64,000 nucleotides of DNA from Phoronis australis (Eukaryota; Animalia; Phoronida): contig NMRA01000976.1 in assembly GCA_002633005.1 (NCBI GenBank), positions 1-64,000 on the forward strand. The letters run 5' to 3'. Numbering within the stretch: position 1 is the first letter of the stretch; every line of letters starts with the position of its first letter. Shown piece by piece: positions 13,023-26,084 of this stretch. Below the pieces are notes generated by a model that did no database searches, was not told the origin of the DNA, and saw only the letters and a list, made by a program, of their open reading frames with translations. The translations under genes and the position numbers were made by a program.

Positions 13023-13225
13023 CGGTCAAGAAGAAATTTAACTGCCTGTGTTGATGTGAAGTTATTCTCATTTCTAAACTTAAGAAACCTTGCGTGTTCA
13101 CTTCCTATGTAAGCGTATTTCTTTCTCTCAACACGTCGAATTTCTGCAGACCGTTTCTTTCTCTCGGCAGATGAGAATCTTTGACGAGACAAACTGGAAC
13201 TCGGAGAATTTCCTCGGTCAGCCAT
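13023..13225 (-). CDS. Finger-less ZNF692/ZNF653-family-like protein, exon 1 (N-terminal domain)
   Basis: ATG at 13225. MADRGNSPSSSLSRQRFSSAERKKRSAEIRRVERKKYAYIGSEHARFLKFRNENNFTSTQAVKFLLD, then CG|gtgagt (phase 2). Resembles the recalled ZNF653 RKKY...YLGE.H and ZNF692 AKFLLDRY motifs, and the paralogous exon at 27163-27359. Confidence 0.78.
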
Positions 13226-13846
13226 GATAAACTGTGAGGTCACGTGATTATTTCCGTTCGTATATCAGCTGTTCTCTTACGCCGCGTTTGTGTCCAGCCG
13301 GGTTGGGCGAGCTGCGAGCCAAGTGCCGTACCGGCGTTACCGTACGCCAAAGCCGTAGAAAGCGGGGCACGTGCCCCCCACCAATAACGTAATGCAGGTG
13401 TCAAGTACGTTAAAGTCACTATTTCCTTTACTTTCGCCTGCTTAGATCACAAATTGAGCTTTGCCAATCGAAAGATATCACTAAAATTAACTCATTTCGT
13501 AAATTACAGCCATGTACATACTCTCGTTATTTTACTATTAATTTTTTAAATTTATAAAAAGTGGGCGGACCTTCAGCGAAACCTCATTATTTATGCGGGG
13601 TTGCCAGTGGAGAGATTACCCATAATGCACACGAATCAGCTGACGGAAGAGAAACATGTCAAGCACAAGTGGTCGAGGTGAGTTAGGTGTTTTGGGACTT
13701 CTTGCCACCTAAACAAGAAATCAGAATGTACAAACATTTGGAAATCACAGCTTGATTCTTACTCGTAAACAACAAGATTAATTTGTTCTGAACCTCGGTT
13801 CTCTCAACTATTTCTGTCGCTATCCCGAGTCATTCGAAGTCGACGT

Positions 13847-14425
13847 NNNNNNNNNNNNNNNNNNNNNNNNNNNNNNNNNNNNNNNNNNNNNNNNNNNNNN
13901 NNNNNNNNNNNNNNNNNNNNNNNNNNNNNNNNNNNNNNNNNNNNNNNNNNNNNNNNNNNNNNNNNNNNNNNNNNNNNNNNNNNNNNNNNNNNNNNNNNNN
14001 NNNNNNNNNNNNNNNNNNNNNNNNNNNNNNNNNNNNNNNNNNNNNNNNNNNNNNNNNNNNNNNNNNNNNNNNNNNNNNNNNNNNNNNNNNNNNNNNNNNN
14101 NNNNNNNNNNNNNNNNNNNNNNNNNNNNNNNNNNNNNNNNNNNNNNNNNNNNNNNNNNNNNNNNNNNNNNNNNNNNNNNNNNNNNNNNNNNNNNNNNNNN
14201 NNNNNNNNNNNNNNNNNNNNNNNNNNNNNNNNNNNNNNNNNNNNNNNNNNNNNNNNNNNNNNNNNNNNNNNNNNNNNNNNNNNNNNNNNNNNNNNNNNNN
14301 NNNNNNNNNNNNNNNNNNNNNNNNNNNNNNNNNNNNNNNNNNNNNNNNNNNNNNNNNNNNNNNNNNNNNNNNNNNNNNNNNNNNNNNNNNNNNNNNNNNN
14401 NNNNNNNNNNNNNNNNNNNNNNNNN
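13847..14425. other. Assembly gap (run of N)
   Basis: Continuous Ns. Confidence 0.99.
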
Positions 14426-14857
14426 CTCCCTCTAAGCAAAAGGTCCACAACGTAAGGAATTCGAGCCCCCATATTGAAGGCTGGGTGCAACAGTGTATTT
14501 GACGGGCACTCTTAATTCCGAATTTGAAAGTGCCTGCCCGTTACCGCGCTATGCCAGCAAGCAATATCACGTAACAAACCCCTATTTTCTGCTGTTTTGT
14601 TTTGGTCGATTTTAAGGCATTCATACCGCACTGCGACTTTTTGGGAGCTTTCTGGCTCGCTTCTGTATACTTAGCTATGTATAGACATTTACTTCTAAAC
14701 TCCCTTGTTTCCCTACGGTGTAGCCATCTCTTTTAATCATCTGCACGATCCTTGTGTCATCTACGCAAACACCGTGACTCGTGAGAAGTTGGTCGGGTAC
14801 GGTCCGATTATTACGTGAAGCACTTTGAATCAGAAGCAAATTCAAAATTATTACTAA

Positions 14858-15423
14858 GGGCTGTTCCAACAAAATCTGTGTGGGAGGGGGGAAAGGCAAC
14901 TGAAATAAAAAATTATGGATGGTTGCGTTTGATTTAAATTCAAAATGGCTGGTGGTCGTACACTGTACTTCAAAAAAATAAAAATTTACAGGTCGTTGTT
15001 GTTTCATTGGGCCATAAATGTTTGATGGTGGGTAATTTTAGTAAATTTTATAAACAATCCGAACAGAATCAAAAACAAAAATGCAACTTGCAAAAAGCTC
15101 CGACTTTTTTACTCCCTCCAATCTCCTCATCGGCATGCCCATAACACCATTTAACCACAGGTGCTCGAATTTCTCGACGGCTAATAACCATATATAAGAA
15201 ACATATGTTTTCTTAGTAATGAATGACGTTAGTGGTGATGGAGGAACAGATAAACTCAAGCGCCTGTGCAATCAACCACAAGAACAAAAAATACGGGTGG
15301 TTGCATTTCAAACTTATAAAAAATTACGGGTGATAGGCTGAAGAAATAAGTGAAAAATATGGGTGCTGGGTGCGAATTAAAGGTGCCTTCCCCCCTCCCA
15401 TACAGATTTTACTGGAACAGCCC
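14858..15423. mobile_element. PIF/Harbinger-type MITE
   Basis: TIRs GGGCTGTTCCAACAAAATCTGTGTGGGAGGGGG / CCCCCTCCCATACAGATTTTACTGGAACAGCCC, with TAA on both sides. Confidence 0.8.
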
Positions 15424-17129
15424 TAACTCAGTTATCATTGTGGTTAGTAGTACCAGTAGCTGAAACAAGTTTGTCGTCCATCTGTATCCATCTTTAACAG
15501 ATAGGCTGGGGCTGGACCTTTGGCCGCGGAGAGAGAGGGGGGCCTGTGCAGGGACGGACCCAGGATTTCAGTTGGGGTGGGGATCGAGGTGGGCNGGGCG
15601 GGGGGGGGGCAGGGCAGAAACGTACCCGGCCAGGATTTTGCCCCGCCGTCGCATTCGCACCACCGAACTGCCAGATGAAATCTGGGAGAATTATATAGGG
15701 GGGTCATCGGATGGATCCGCGTTCGCATATCGTACGCACTTCATGCATGTGCAGACTCATTACAATTTCAGCTCTGCAATTTTTCGACGGCCGTGGCTGA
15801 AAGTTCACATTCGATTCACACGCATGACGCTAAATCGTCGTGAGAGACCGTCCGGAGTTGGTATATGGTGCAACTCCGGACGGTCTGGGCTCAAAAGAAA
15901 ACAACTGTTCAGTGGGTCTACACCAATGTCACGTGAGTAGTTCTACTTGCCACGTCAGCTGCACGTATCATAATCTCTTTTGTGACACAAAAGGTGTGAC
16001 TGGACAAAGCCTTTTCAAATTAGTGTAGATAAGCCAGTGGAGCGCGAGACCCCAGCCCTGAGGTCCCTGTCAAGTCCTCACGACAATTCCACGTTATGAT
16101 TCAGGCCCAGGAGCGACTCCCCATTCCCCTTGCTCCAAACTTGTTCGATTCTATAGCCCAACAATAACTTGGGAAGTTTACCCCGTACCCAATATTTTAC
16201 ACGACTGATTAACTCCATTGTGGCATTGATGGTTGCAGGCCCTGCGCTCCTAATATGTTTAATAATTGCTCTAATCTCCGATCAGATCATATCTAGCCTG
16301 ACTGGGCTGGGCTGATAAAAATGAAAGTGAAGTTATAACATATTTCAGCTTAAACCAATAGCATTTCTGAATTCCTCATCAAATGCTGACCATGTTCCGT
16401 TTTTGAATCACCAAAATCGCCCAACTACAACAGTTAAGACAATCTATTCTGTCCAAACGGATACCTACGGTAATGGCGTGCAATCACCATACGTTTCCTT
16501 TGAAGCCTGGAAGATAATTGGCCTGCTTGTTATCATACGGGACAAAAGACTTAGCTGGGCAGTTAACAAAAGAGCCAGATGTTATCGCACGTTCAGCAAC
16601 CCTCACGTTTGGAAAAGTTACAGAACGACAGAACGCTGTAATGTACAATTCGCTTTGAGATTTGTTAGAAATCTTATTTTCAGTATTCCACGGCATTCAC
16701 GTGCCCCCCCCCCAGGGGGAGGGGGTGATCGCATGCTTTAATTTCCTCGAACTTTTAGTCACCTTGAATTTGCGCTTATGATAGTAGAATTTCTACATAG
16801 ATTAATGAATATTATTTTAAAAAGAAACGGATCTGGTCTTACTACTACCCATACTATGACACGACAGATGAGCTACCGGTACGGCTAGGAAATGGTGCGG
16901 GTGCCTTTTATTACAAGTGATGAACTTCATTTTTTAAATCATCATAATATTACGATTATTTCAAGTTCTTGGAAAGAACGGTATATTTATTCCAAAAAAA
17001 CGATAAAATAACCATGTGCTTTTATCCACTAACAGACATCATAGCAATCGTTATTCGCCTTGAACTTATGAACGAATGCCTGTGACCGATGAATATATTA
17101 TGCACTCCCGTTGTCACACAACTCTCAAC

Positions 17130-17560
17130 TGGATTTGTAAAATCATGCGCCCACTAAGCTCAAATATAACAATTCTCCCTTACCCGCGATAACGAAATAG
17201 CATTGTGCAGATCAAGATGTGGCCTTTTCCTCAACTCTGACAAGTTCAGGCACAACTTAAGTAATGTCTCTCCAAACTGTAAATGTGGTGATCATCAATC
17301 TTATCCTCATATTTTCTTCAAATGTCCCCTCATCGAATACCCGAGAAACTCACTCTTTCGTGCACTCAATGATAACCAATCAATTTTTAACGTTCACAAT
17401 TCTTGTAATAATATCCCTACTAGAGTTACATTATTACTGAATGGTAGTTCTAACCTTGACTTCGTTCTCAACGAATTCCTCCCAAGTAACGTTAGCAAAT
17501 TTTTATGTACCGTTTATCAATATTGTTGCATCTGATTTCCCTACATGAATCTGTACATAT
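17130..17560 (+). mobile_element. 3' fragment of a CR1/L2-type LINE ORF2
   Basis: RSRCGLFLNSDKFRHNL...SPNCKCG...HIFFKCP, the CxC...H...C knuckle at the end of LINE ORF2. Confidence 0.65.
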
Positions 17561-18948
17561 TTTTGTTTTTATATATCTGTAATTGCATATCTAAGTATTG
17601 GAATACTTATTTTAGATACTACTTAATTGTATATACCTCTATGTATATAAGTTTCATTTATGATTTGCTTACAACCCAGATATAATGCTACGCGGTTTCT
17701 GGGTTTGTTATTATTTCTTTGCATATAACAACGTGGACCTTTTACTCACCACTGAAGAAAAAAGCTAGGGTCTAAAAGTGAAAAAAGGAGTACCACGTTG
17801 AGAGCTATGAATTGACAATCGCTCCTTTTTAGTGGACTTTTGTCTCGTTTTCTCGGGCTTTTTGTTTCTCTGAGGCGGACCTTTTTGCCTACTAGTACTA
17901 CGCTAAATGTGGGAGAGCTCGTTCGAGCTCCCTCAGCCTCCCTGGGTACGCGCAAAAGTGGTAATTATGGCATACTTTTGATAAAGTCAACCAAAAATTC
18001 CCAAATGTATGTTGTAAGGATCACTCGGCAAGTTTATTAATATGCATAGTTTGCCACGGCAACTAATTTAGGGATAGTGCCACTGATTTGGCATACCAAC
18101 CGCAAGTCTTAGCTTATGGAAACCTATAGCACTAGGTGCAGGCAGCATTAAAACTAGAATCTAATTAGCATGCAAATGTACACGAGTTGCTTTGACAACC
18201 ACTTTTGGATATTGAAGTGTCCCATTGCTTATGATAAGAAGTGCTTTAGGTCATTAAAATTCCTTAAATTTTCGTCGGTATGTGGCGTGTATGGCTTTTG
18301 TGTTCAGTTGTAATTACAAAATACCTGGTTAACATGGCAACGGTGGATGTTTAAGCTTGGCAACTGACCCTCAAATTTGGGAGGGTCAACACAATTGTTT
18401 GAGTATGATTGCCTGATAACCATTAAGTCTAACATTTGTGAACTTGACGGTGAGCACATACCTTCATGGTTACCATAGTAATGATACCCAGTTCACCTTA
18501 GCAGACTCCCGTAAGTCAATCAAAGTCCTCTTGCAAAGCTAAAGGTTGCCCCCTTTTAACATGAATTTGCCTTCAAACCAGACATTGCCGATTTTGACTA
18601 ACAATATAAATGCACCTTAACAGCATGCGCACACTGCCCAGGGGTGGGGCTCCAACGAGCACCCCCCCTCATTTGGCAGGGTGGGCAAAAAGGTCCCCTC
18701 AGAGAAACAAAAAAGTAGAACTCGAGACAAAAGTCCACCAAAATGGCAGAAACTACCACAATTAGGCGAATGCACACTTCATGGCTCTGAACATGTCACG
18801 TGAATCTTAGTATAAGTTCCACGAGACCCCTCATTTTTTGGACTGACGTGTGCGCACGTACAGTACCACGGCAACGGTACACATTTCAGCTTGTTGACTC
18901 CCTAAGTTTCAAAGGATTAACGTTTGTACAAACTCATCCATGGTAATG

Positions 18949-19089
18949 CAGTGGCGGATTTAGAGGGGGGCCAAGGAGGCCATGCCCCCCTAAAATTCTT
19001 CCAGATTCCGTTAGATAGTTCGGAGGTGCCAATGCCTGAAGGGCAAAATCTGCCTTGCCCCCCAACTCAAAATCCTGGATCCGCCCCTG
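18949..19089. mobile_element. CAG...CTG G-rich MITE with 5-bp TSD
   Basis: Ends CAGTGGCGGATTTAG and CTGGATCCGCCCCTG; TAATG on both sides. Confidence 0.8.
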
Positions 19090-19435
19090 TAATGAAATAG
19101 CATACGTATTGCAAGAGAATCATCCCTCACTATTTTTTACTTTGAATGCTCAACGGAAATGAAATTAGGGACGTTCTCGCTTAGCAAGGGCGTCTTGGCC
19201 CATCCCGAACTATACCGTTGCCCCGACGAGTCTGTCAGTGAACTAACTCTCGGATTACACGATTATTAGTCCATAGTGCCGCTAAATATTAAATTGTTTC
19301 TTCGCAACTTTGGACTTTCAAGTTACTGTTATGGTTCGCTTTTGGAGAGCCTCCCGCGTTTCGATGATCGATTTGTCCCACAAGGGCATCAGAATTTCCC
19401 GCTTTTTCGGATACACACGAATTTTACACGTTATT

Positions 19436-19592
19436 CAGGGGAGGATCCAGGATTTTTAGTTAGGGGGGGGGGTGCAGGGCAGACTATCAGCCAGAATTTT
19501 GCCCGTCAGACATTCGCACCAGCCAATTGCCAAATGGAATCTTGGAGTTTTAGGGGGGGGGCATGGCCCCCTTGCCTCTAAATCCGCCACTG
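19436..19592. mobile_element. Same MITE family, opposite orientation
   Basis: CAGGGGAGGATCCAGGATTTT...CTAAATCCGCCACTG. Confidence 0.75.
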
Positions 19593-20339
19593 ATTATCCT
19601 ACAGTTTTCATTTCGTGCACTTCAAGTCCACACCAGAACACCTATTTCGCCTTTCACAGGCACTACTAAATATGGAAACAACGCCTCCGGGATTATCTGG
19701 ATGTTGCAGCGGGCACAGCGGTAGTAGGATCCGTCCGAAAGTCAACGTCATCCATTGCCACGTAGTCACAGGAATACTCTTGACGAATTAACAGTCCTGC
19801 TTGGGGATTCTGAGATACACTGAGCCGCAGACGGCCCAAGAGGTGGCACGGCAACACGCAAATACATCGAAATATCTTTGAGGGTTTTCAATTAAGTAAT
19901 GTCTACACGAAAAGCAAAAGAAAAATCAATTCAATTTATACACAAGGTAACATAGCCCAAAATAAACTAAGGACTAGAATGCAGTCGCAGTAAAACAATA
20001 AATCTTCAATACCAAAACTTATTTAACTCAGCGAGTGTAATTGAGTCTCTTTATATTGTTGCATAATTTTACAGCACTCACAATAAAGCCACTCACAGAC
20101 TTCCAGACTACTTCCAAGATAGGTTGTACAACTCATACAACAGAACTTGAAGCTACAGACAGGAATTATGCGGCAACAAGGGCGTTTCAACGATATCAAT
20201 ACTTGATGCTTTATGCAATAGTACCATACGCTGTTGTATTCAGAACAGGGAAAAAGATAAGAAAATTTGAAAAAACTGAAGAACTTCTGATTTGTAGAAA
20301 ATTCAAGCAAATCCCACAATGCATATGGAGTTGTGAATT

Positions 20340-20481
20340 CATGGGCAGCGCAGCCCTGAAAAAAGTGGGGGGCTAAAGCCCTTCAGTCCCCTGTGGTGCA
20401 CCGCCTATAGACCATGTGCAACATAGCACGGGAAAAAGTGGGGGGCTATAGCCCCCAGCCCCCTATGGTGCGCCGCCCATG
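20340..20481. mobile_element. CAT...ATG MITE with 5-bp TSD
   Basis: TIRs CATGGGCAGCGCA / TGCGCCGCCCATG; GAATT on both sides; internal duplicated gaaaaagtggggggcta unit. Confidence 0.75.
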
Positions 20482-21630
20482 GAATTGCCAAAGAAAAGAG
20501 CAACAAGGAAACTACTGAATTTTAATCAAACACACTTCCATTTATTTTACCCATAATCCAACTAATTTACACCTACGGACAATAGATAGCGCCACTCGAC
20601 AGTCAGCATACAAAGCAATGGTAATGTCACATGGCCCTAACGTTGATGTGTTTATATGCTTAAGCCTTGCATGCAAGTTATTTATGCCATGAGCTCAGTA
20701 CACAAATATAGACTGATCCCCAGGGTGTTATTAGGCCACATGGAACGGGGGAATACCCTCTTTCAGTCTGTATGTCCAATAATCCACTGGGTTTACTCTC
20801 CTTATATCACATGTCCAATGACGCTTCACACCTCGATTTGTCGTTTCTCAAAATACTGGCATGTTCATACCTGTTCACTTCCTTGCCGGGGTTTATGGTT
20901 TCAGCCGTCTGATTGGTCAAATCACGAATTACCAGATTCCACATTTGGGTGACACATGATATTTCCACGATCGGTCAGTCAACACTGTATCATAATGGAA
21001 GTTATTGTGCCATGCTTTCACCATTAAGAGTCAAGACATATCAGTGGACGTATAAAAATATTTAATTATACATTGGACCTGTCATTTTCATTAAGTGCTC
21101 GCCATAGTATTAAAAAATTCTTCAGTTCTGATGCTTGAACAATACCCAAACATCCCACTGTGTGGACGAGATTGCTGTGGCTAAAATCCAACGACTGGGG
21201 AAAGATATGAACTAACTACAACTTACAATTTAGCCACAACTAACAGAGACATAAAATATCAAATAACCAATGGAAATTTGTTGGAAATACTTTCCATCAG
21301 CAAATGACAAAAAAAATTATATAATAACAAAACGAAACATAGCACCCTGCATAAAATAAGTAGAAACATCAAGATTTTTTCAAGCACTGACTGGCTTACA
21401 TGTAAGTAATGGAAATGTACACCTCATGGCATAACAGATAGGTGATCAATGACTTCACATTGCAAGGTCTAACACTAACAAGCTTTGATTCACATCATAC
21501 AATAGTACTCCCTTTCCCATGGTATCACCATACCTCTCCTTGAGGTGGAACACTAATTTGTTATACACGTTCATGTGACCAAGCATACATATAACAACTT
21601 TCAACTCCACTAAACACTTGCAGTCTAAGA

Positions 21631-23143
21631 CTATGGTTTATCTGGATGTTTTGTCTTCATGTGCCAGTTAAGTGAAGCTTTTTGTCGACAACAAAAACCA
21701 CATAAATAACAAACAACTGGCTTCTCATCGCTATGTATCCTCATGTGAATGCGGAGTGCATACGGTTTCTTGAACCACTTGCCGCAGCCTTCCCACGTAC
21801 AGGGGTACTCTCGCTTGTTCTCATGAACAGTAGCTACATGCTTTTTAACTAAGGTAATTTTATCGGACCTATAAGAACAACCCTCATATGTGCACACATG
21901 GCTCTGGATGGTTTCGTGTTTTGATTTCCTGTGTATATAGAGCTGGTTGGCATTGGGCAGCATCTCACCACAGTCAGAACACATAGTTGGCTCATAAAAC
22001 TCCACTTTTGAAATATGCCCGCGAACTACACTTAATGATTTGGATGTGTAACCACAAATTTTACAGCGATATTTGTATACCACTCGAGACTGGTCACCAC
22101 TTGCTCCACCCGTTTCGAGACCTTCACGTGCCTCAGTAGCAATACGGTCACCACGGCCTTGACTTTGAGTAGGCTGCTCAGAAGAATCCAAATGAGAAGA
22201 CAGAGAACTAGCGCCACTCAAACCCTCTCGGCGTTTTTCTGGCGATTCAGATGCGTATTCGTGAAAAGCCTCTAAATAAGGTTTGAATTTCACACTAGTA
22301 ATAGTGCACCGTTCATCGTCTAATCTATAATACAATTCGCTGATTTTCCGCTCTTTATATGGTGTTCTGCCTTTCTTTTCTCTCTTCGGCTTCTTGACGC
22401 TTTCTTTTTTTTTCTTTGGCTTAGGCTTTTTTACCCTTACTTGGCGAACAACATTTTCTTTTTTCTTCACCTTTGCTTTTTTAACCTCCTCCTCATCCGA
22501 ATCCAAACTGTTGTCAGTCTTGTACTCAAACTCGGACAAATCACTTGCCACATAATCTGGGTCATCTTCTGAATCAACCTCACCAATCCTTTTGCGTTTC
22601 TTACGACAACACTGACCCCTACCAAACTGATTATTTGCACGAACTTTAGAATCGGCTGCGTCTGAATCACCAACATTTGAACCATTTGTTTGCATACCAC
22701 CACATTCATTGGTTTCAACTGATTCTATCTCAGAGTCATTTTCACATTCATCAGTTTCTGAACCAGAATGCTCATTCTCCTGACAGTTTCTCATCTCAGA
22801 GTCCCGTGAGTCGCACAAATCCGTCACAGAATCACGTTTATCAAAACACTTCACCTCGCCCTCTTCACGAACCGCTGCACCGGGATCGTACCCATCGACT
22901 TCAACCTCCATTTTTAGAACAACTGCATCGCTTAATGTATCAGTCTTGCAGGTTTTCATGTTACGTGTCACAGCATAGTCAGAACTACTCTCCTTTGCAA
23001 TCCCACCTCCCAAGTTCAAAGCAGTGGAGTCTGGGAAACTAGAATGAGTATATGTTCCCATTTTCGCTATTCTGCTTCCGTTATCTGTGGCTATTTTATC
23101 ACTCAACTGAGAAGGTGCAATCAAAGTGGATCCTTTCACAAAC
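21631..23143 (-). CDS. ZFP91/ZNF692/ZNF653/ZNF276-family C2H2 zinc-finger protein, last coding exon
   Basis: ttttag|G, phase 2, ~503 codons. Acidic region, Lys-rich NLS-like tract, one degenerate and four canonical C2H2 fingers. The last finger CYLCGFCCRQKASLNWHMKTKH matches the family signature CGFTCRQKASLNWH. Confidence 0.93.
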
Positions 23144-25979
23144 CTAAAAATTTAATGAAATCGTGATAAAATTATCTTGACCATTAGAGGCAAGTAGAAC
23201 GATTTCTTCAGTATTCAGAATACAGTTTAATACCTTTAATTGAACGACCATCAAAGTGACTCGGAAGTCACAAAATCTTAATAAAGTTATATATTTCGGA
23301 CGGCTTTATAATAATTAAACGAAGCGCCAGTAGAAAAGCTTTCCGTTCAGAAACAACTAACTTTTGACCAATGCATCACTGACGCTATAAAACCGGTGTC
23401 AACTTGTTCCTTAATCAAATGAGAATAGTTTTTGAATTTACAAAATGCCAACTGTTTGTTACTGCCCAAGACGATGCTTGGAGAATAAACTGACAAGCCA
23501 TCACGACAAGACTTGCACAGTCTCGTCTCAAGAATTAACGAGCTGTCAGTTCATTTGAAGCCCAAACTAATGAATAATTCCAGACCAATTGGCTTAAATC
23601 AAAAGGTTTTTGTGATGGAAGGTGACTTTATAGCTGCTTAAGCGGAGCTCTAATTAAGCAACGATCAACAAATTTTGCCTGGGAAATTTGTAACCTCCAG
23701 CAATGTCACATAGTGACAATGATTGAAAGGGTTCATAGTGGCTGATTATAAAATTACATTACACGATAGCATATCTTCCGAGTCTGAATACTGTCAATGG
23801 GGCTCTTTATATCCAATCCATTTTGGAATTTTCCATTATTGAGTTGCTCCACCCACAATTCACAGTCAACCAAAACATTCCCCCTCACAGTTTCCAACCC
23901 TGTGTTAGTGCCAGCTATAGTGACTAACAATTCCGCCAATTGTATTATTTATAGTGAGACAGCTGAGTGTCATATGAGCACATGTTTAGATAAAAAATGT
24001 GACTTAAAATCTCATCGATCACAGTATACTTATCATAGTTTCAATAATTAGCAAATACATTATATAACGAAGCTCACAAAGTGTGCAAAGCACTGATGAC
24101 CATAACAATAACAAGGGAAGGGCAAGTCATTCACAAAAACTCAAAGCACTGAATATAAGATATATGTAACCCCATGTGAAAAAATTCTGTCAAATTTCGT
24201 TAAGACCCTTCATCAAACTTGGTAGGTATTGAGGCGAACAGAAACATTAAAACTGCCATTAGAAAGGGTAACAGCAGTCGAACTTGTTCAAAAATCTTCA
24301 TCAGCTTGCTTTCTATAAATAGAGATGGATTCATTATCAAGATTTTTCAAACTACCATAAAGGGGAGTAACAGCAGTCAAGCATGGTAAAAAATCTTCAT
24401 CAGAATGCTTTGCGTCAATGAAAACACCATCATAATCATGCATACAGAAACAGAATGCAAAAAAAAAGACAACGAAATATTAAAACTGCATCATTCTGCA
24501 AATTCAATGTCACACTTTTTCTTGATGTTTGACAGCCCTGCGGAATTATCTCCATTTCTCAACTCAGATTAAACACCATATTGCCAGGAAAGAATTCCTC
24601 AATCAGCAATTAGAAAACAAGTGACTGCATGGGCGTGTCGCAGTAGGCAGAAAAGATAGAGAAGGACTTTGCCATCCTGGACAATCAAAATGTCGGGGCA
24701 AAACCGAGATGTGACAATAAATTCACCGAGTTTACTGTACCACTACGGTAACACATTAGTATTGTCACTTACGTTGTCGACTGTTCAGTGTGTGCTTGGT
24801 CTTCTTCTGCCCTCGACAGTGGCAAACCAATTTCACTGCAATTGCAGATGCAAAGAGCACACACTTAAAAGTAAAAAGAATACAGGAATATTTTTCATGA
24901 GACTGCAGTACATAAAAACTTGTGTTTCTGGCAAAATCACAAAAAGAGCCTTTAATAGCGAGTTATCTGATTTGTCAAAGAACAAGAGCAACGCAGAGCA
25001 TTGACATGCGCCTGCCGTGTGTATCATTATATAATGCATATGCAAATATGTGTATGTGAGCACTTTATAATCATCCTTAAGTAGTCTGGCCAAATGAGGA
25101 GCAGACGCCAAAAAAGACTCCAAAACAGTGCTGCAGGTAAAAATTATTCAGGGTTTTTAAGGGTTGTTGTGTGATAAAAATTTCATTGAGACACTGTGGG
25201 TTCCATTTTAATAACAAAAAATATTGAGTAAAGAGTCAAAGAAACTGTACCTTTATGTAGAAAGTATCTCAAAAGGGATCTTTATTAAATAATTTTTAAA
25301 AATTACTTAATAGCATTGCATCTTGAAAATAATCTCACTGTACACCAAATTAAATTTTAAATTGAATTTTAGTAATATTTAAATAAAAGGACTAGTGACT
25401 ACAAAAATACCTATAAATTGTCAATTTTTATGTTAAAAACAATTTAGATGAAGGCTTGAAGCATGTAGGATTAGCAGAGACACCAGTACTTACGAGTCTA
25501 CTTTACTTAAGTGTCTAGATGGTGAACACGGAATCCTAGTTTAGATGTTTAAATTTGAGTCAAGGTGTACATTTGGATGCCCACTAGATGATGGATTGAA
25601 CCATCTCGCTTGTTCAAGCTGCCTTTATTGTCCCATTTTTGACATCTCTATAGGTGACAATATTAAAAGCCGATGCCCTTGTGTCAATGTGTAGCTGCAT
25701 ATTTTTGGCTTTCCCATGGATCCACGTGAGGTAACCAAGACCATAAACCCTTTGTTAAGGTGTATTTAGTTCCCAGTTGAACTGCATGTCAGTTTCAAAA
25801 CGCCTACAGTGTGAGTGGGCCACACCCATCATTTACAGGCGTCCCAAAGTTCTAAGCCAATATCTAGTTACTCCCCTCAAGCCCAAAATGATAACCGATT
25901 AGTTAGCTAGAACACAACATCCTGTAAATGACTTCCAAATTTTTATTAAAATATTAGAAATACGAGGGTCAAAACTTAC

Positions 25980-26084
25980 CCAGGAAAGGGTTCCTCTGAC
26001 TCAGACGCCGTGTCTGTAGATGACGATGATGGTGACATGACTGTTTGCAGCTCTGACGGCTGTCCTTGACCAGAAGCGTGGTAA
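25980..26084 (-). CDS. Zinc-finger gene, exon 2
   Basis: ttttcag|T...GG|gtaagt, phase 2/2. Gives LLD-S-YHASGQGQPSELQTVMSPSSSSTDTASESEEPFP-G, in frame with both neighbouring exons. Confidence 0.75.

Noticed and set aside
13804-14490. Long ORFs of 228 and 206 aa
   Set aside because: They consist almost entirely of X residues from the N gap.
23754-25135. Extra exons for the zinc-finger gene (ORFs 23754-23939 and 24833-25123)
   Set aside because: No convincing donor/acceptor pairs; the three called exons already join in frame. Alternative exons cannot be excluded without RNA data.
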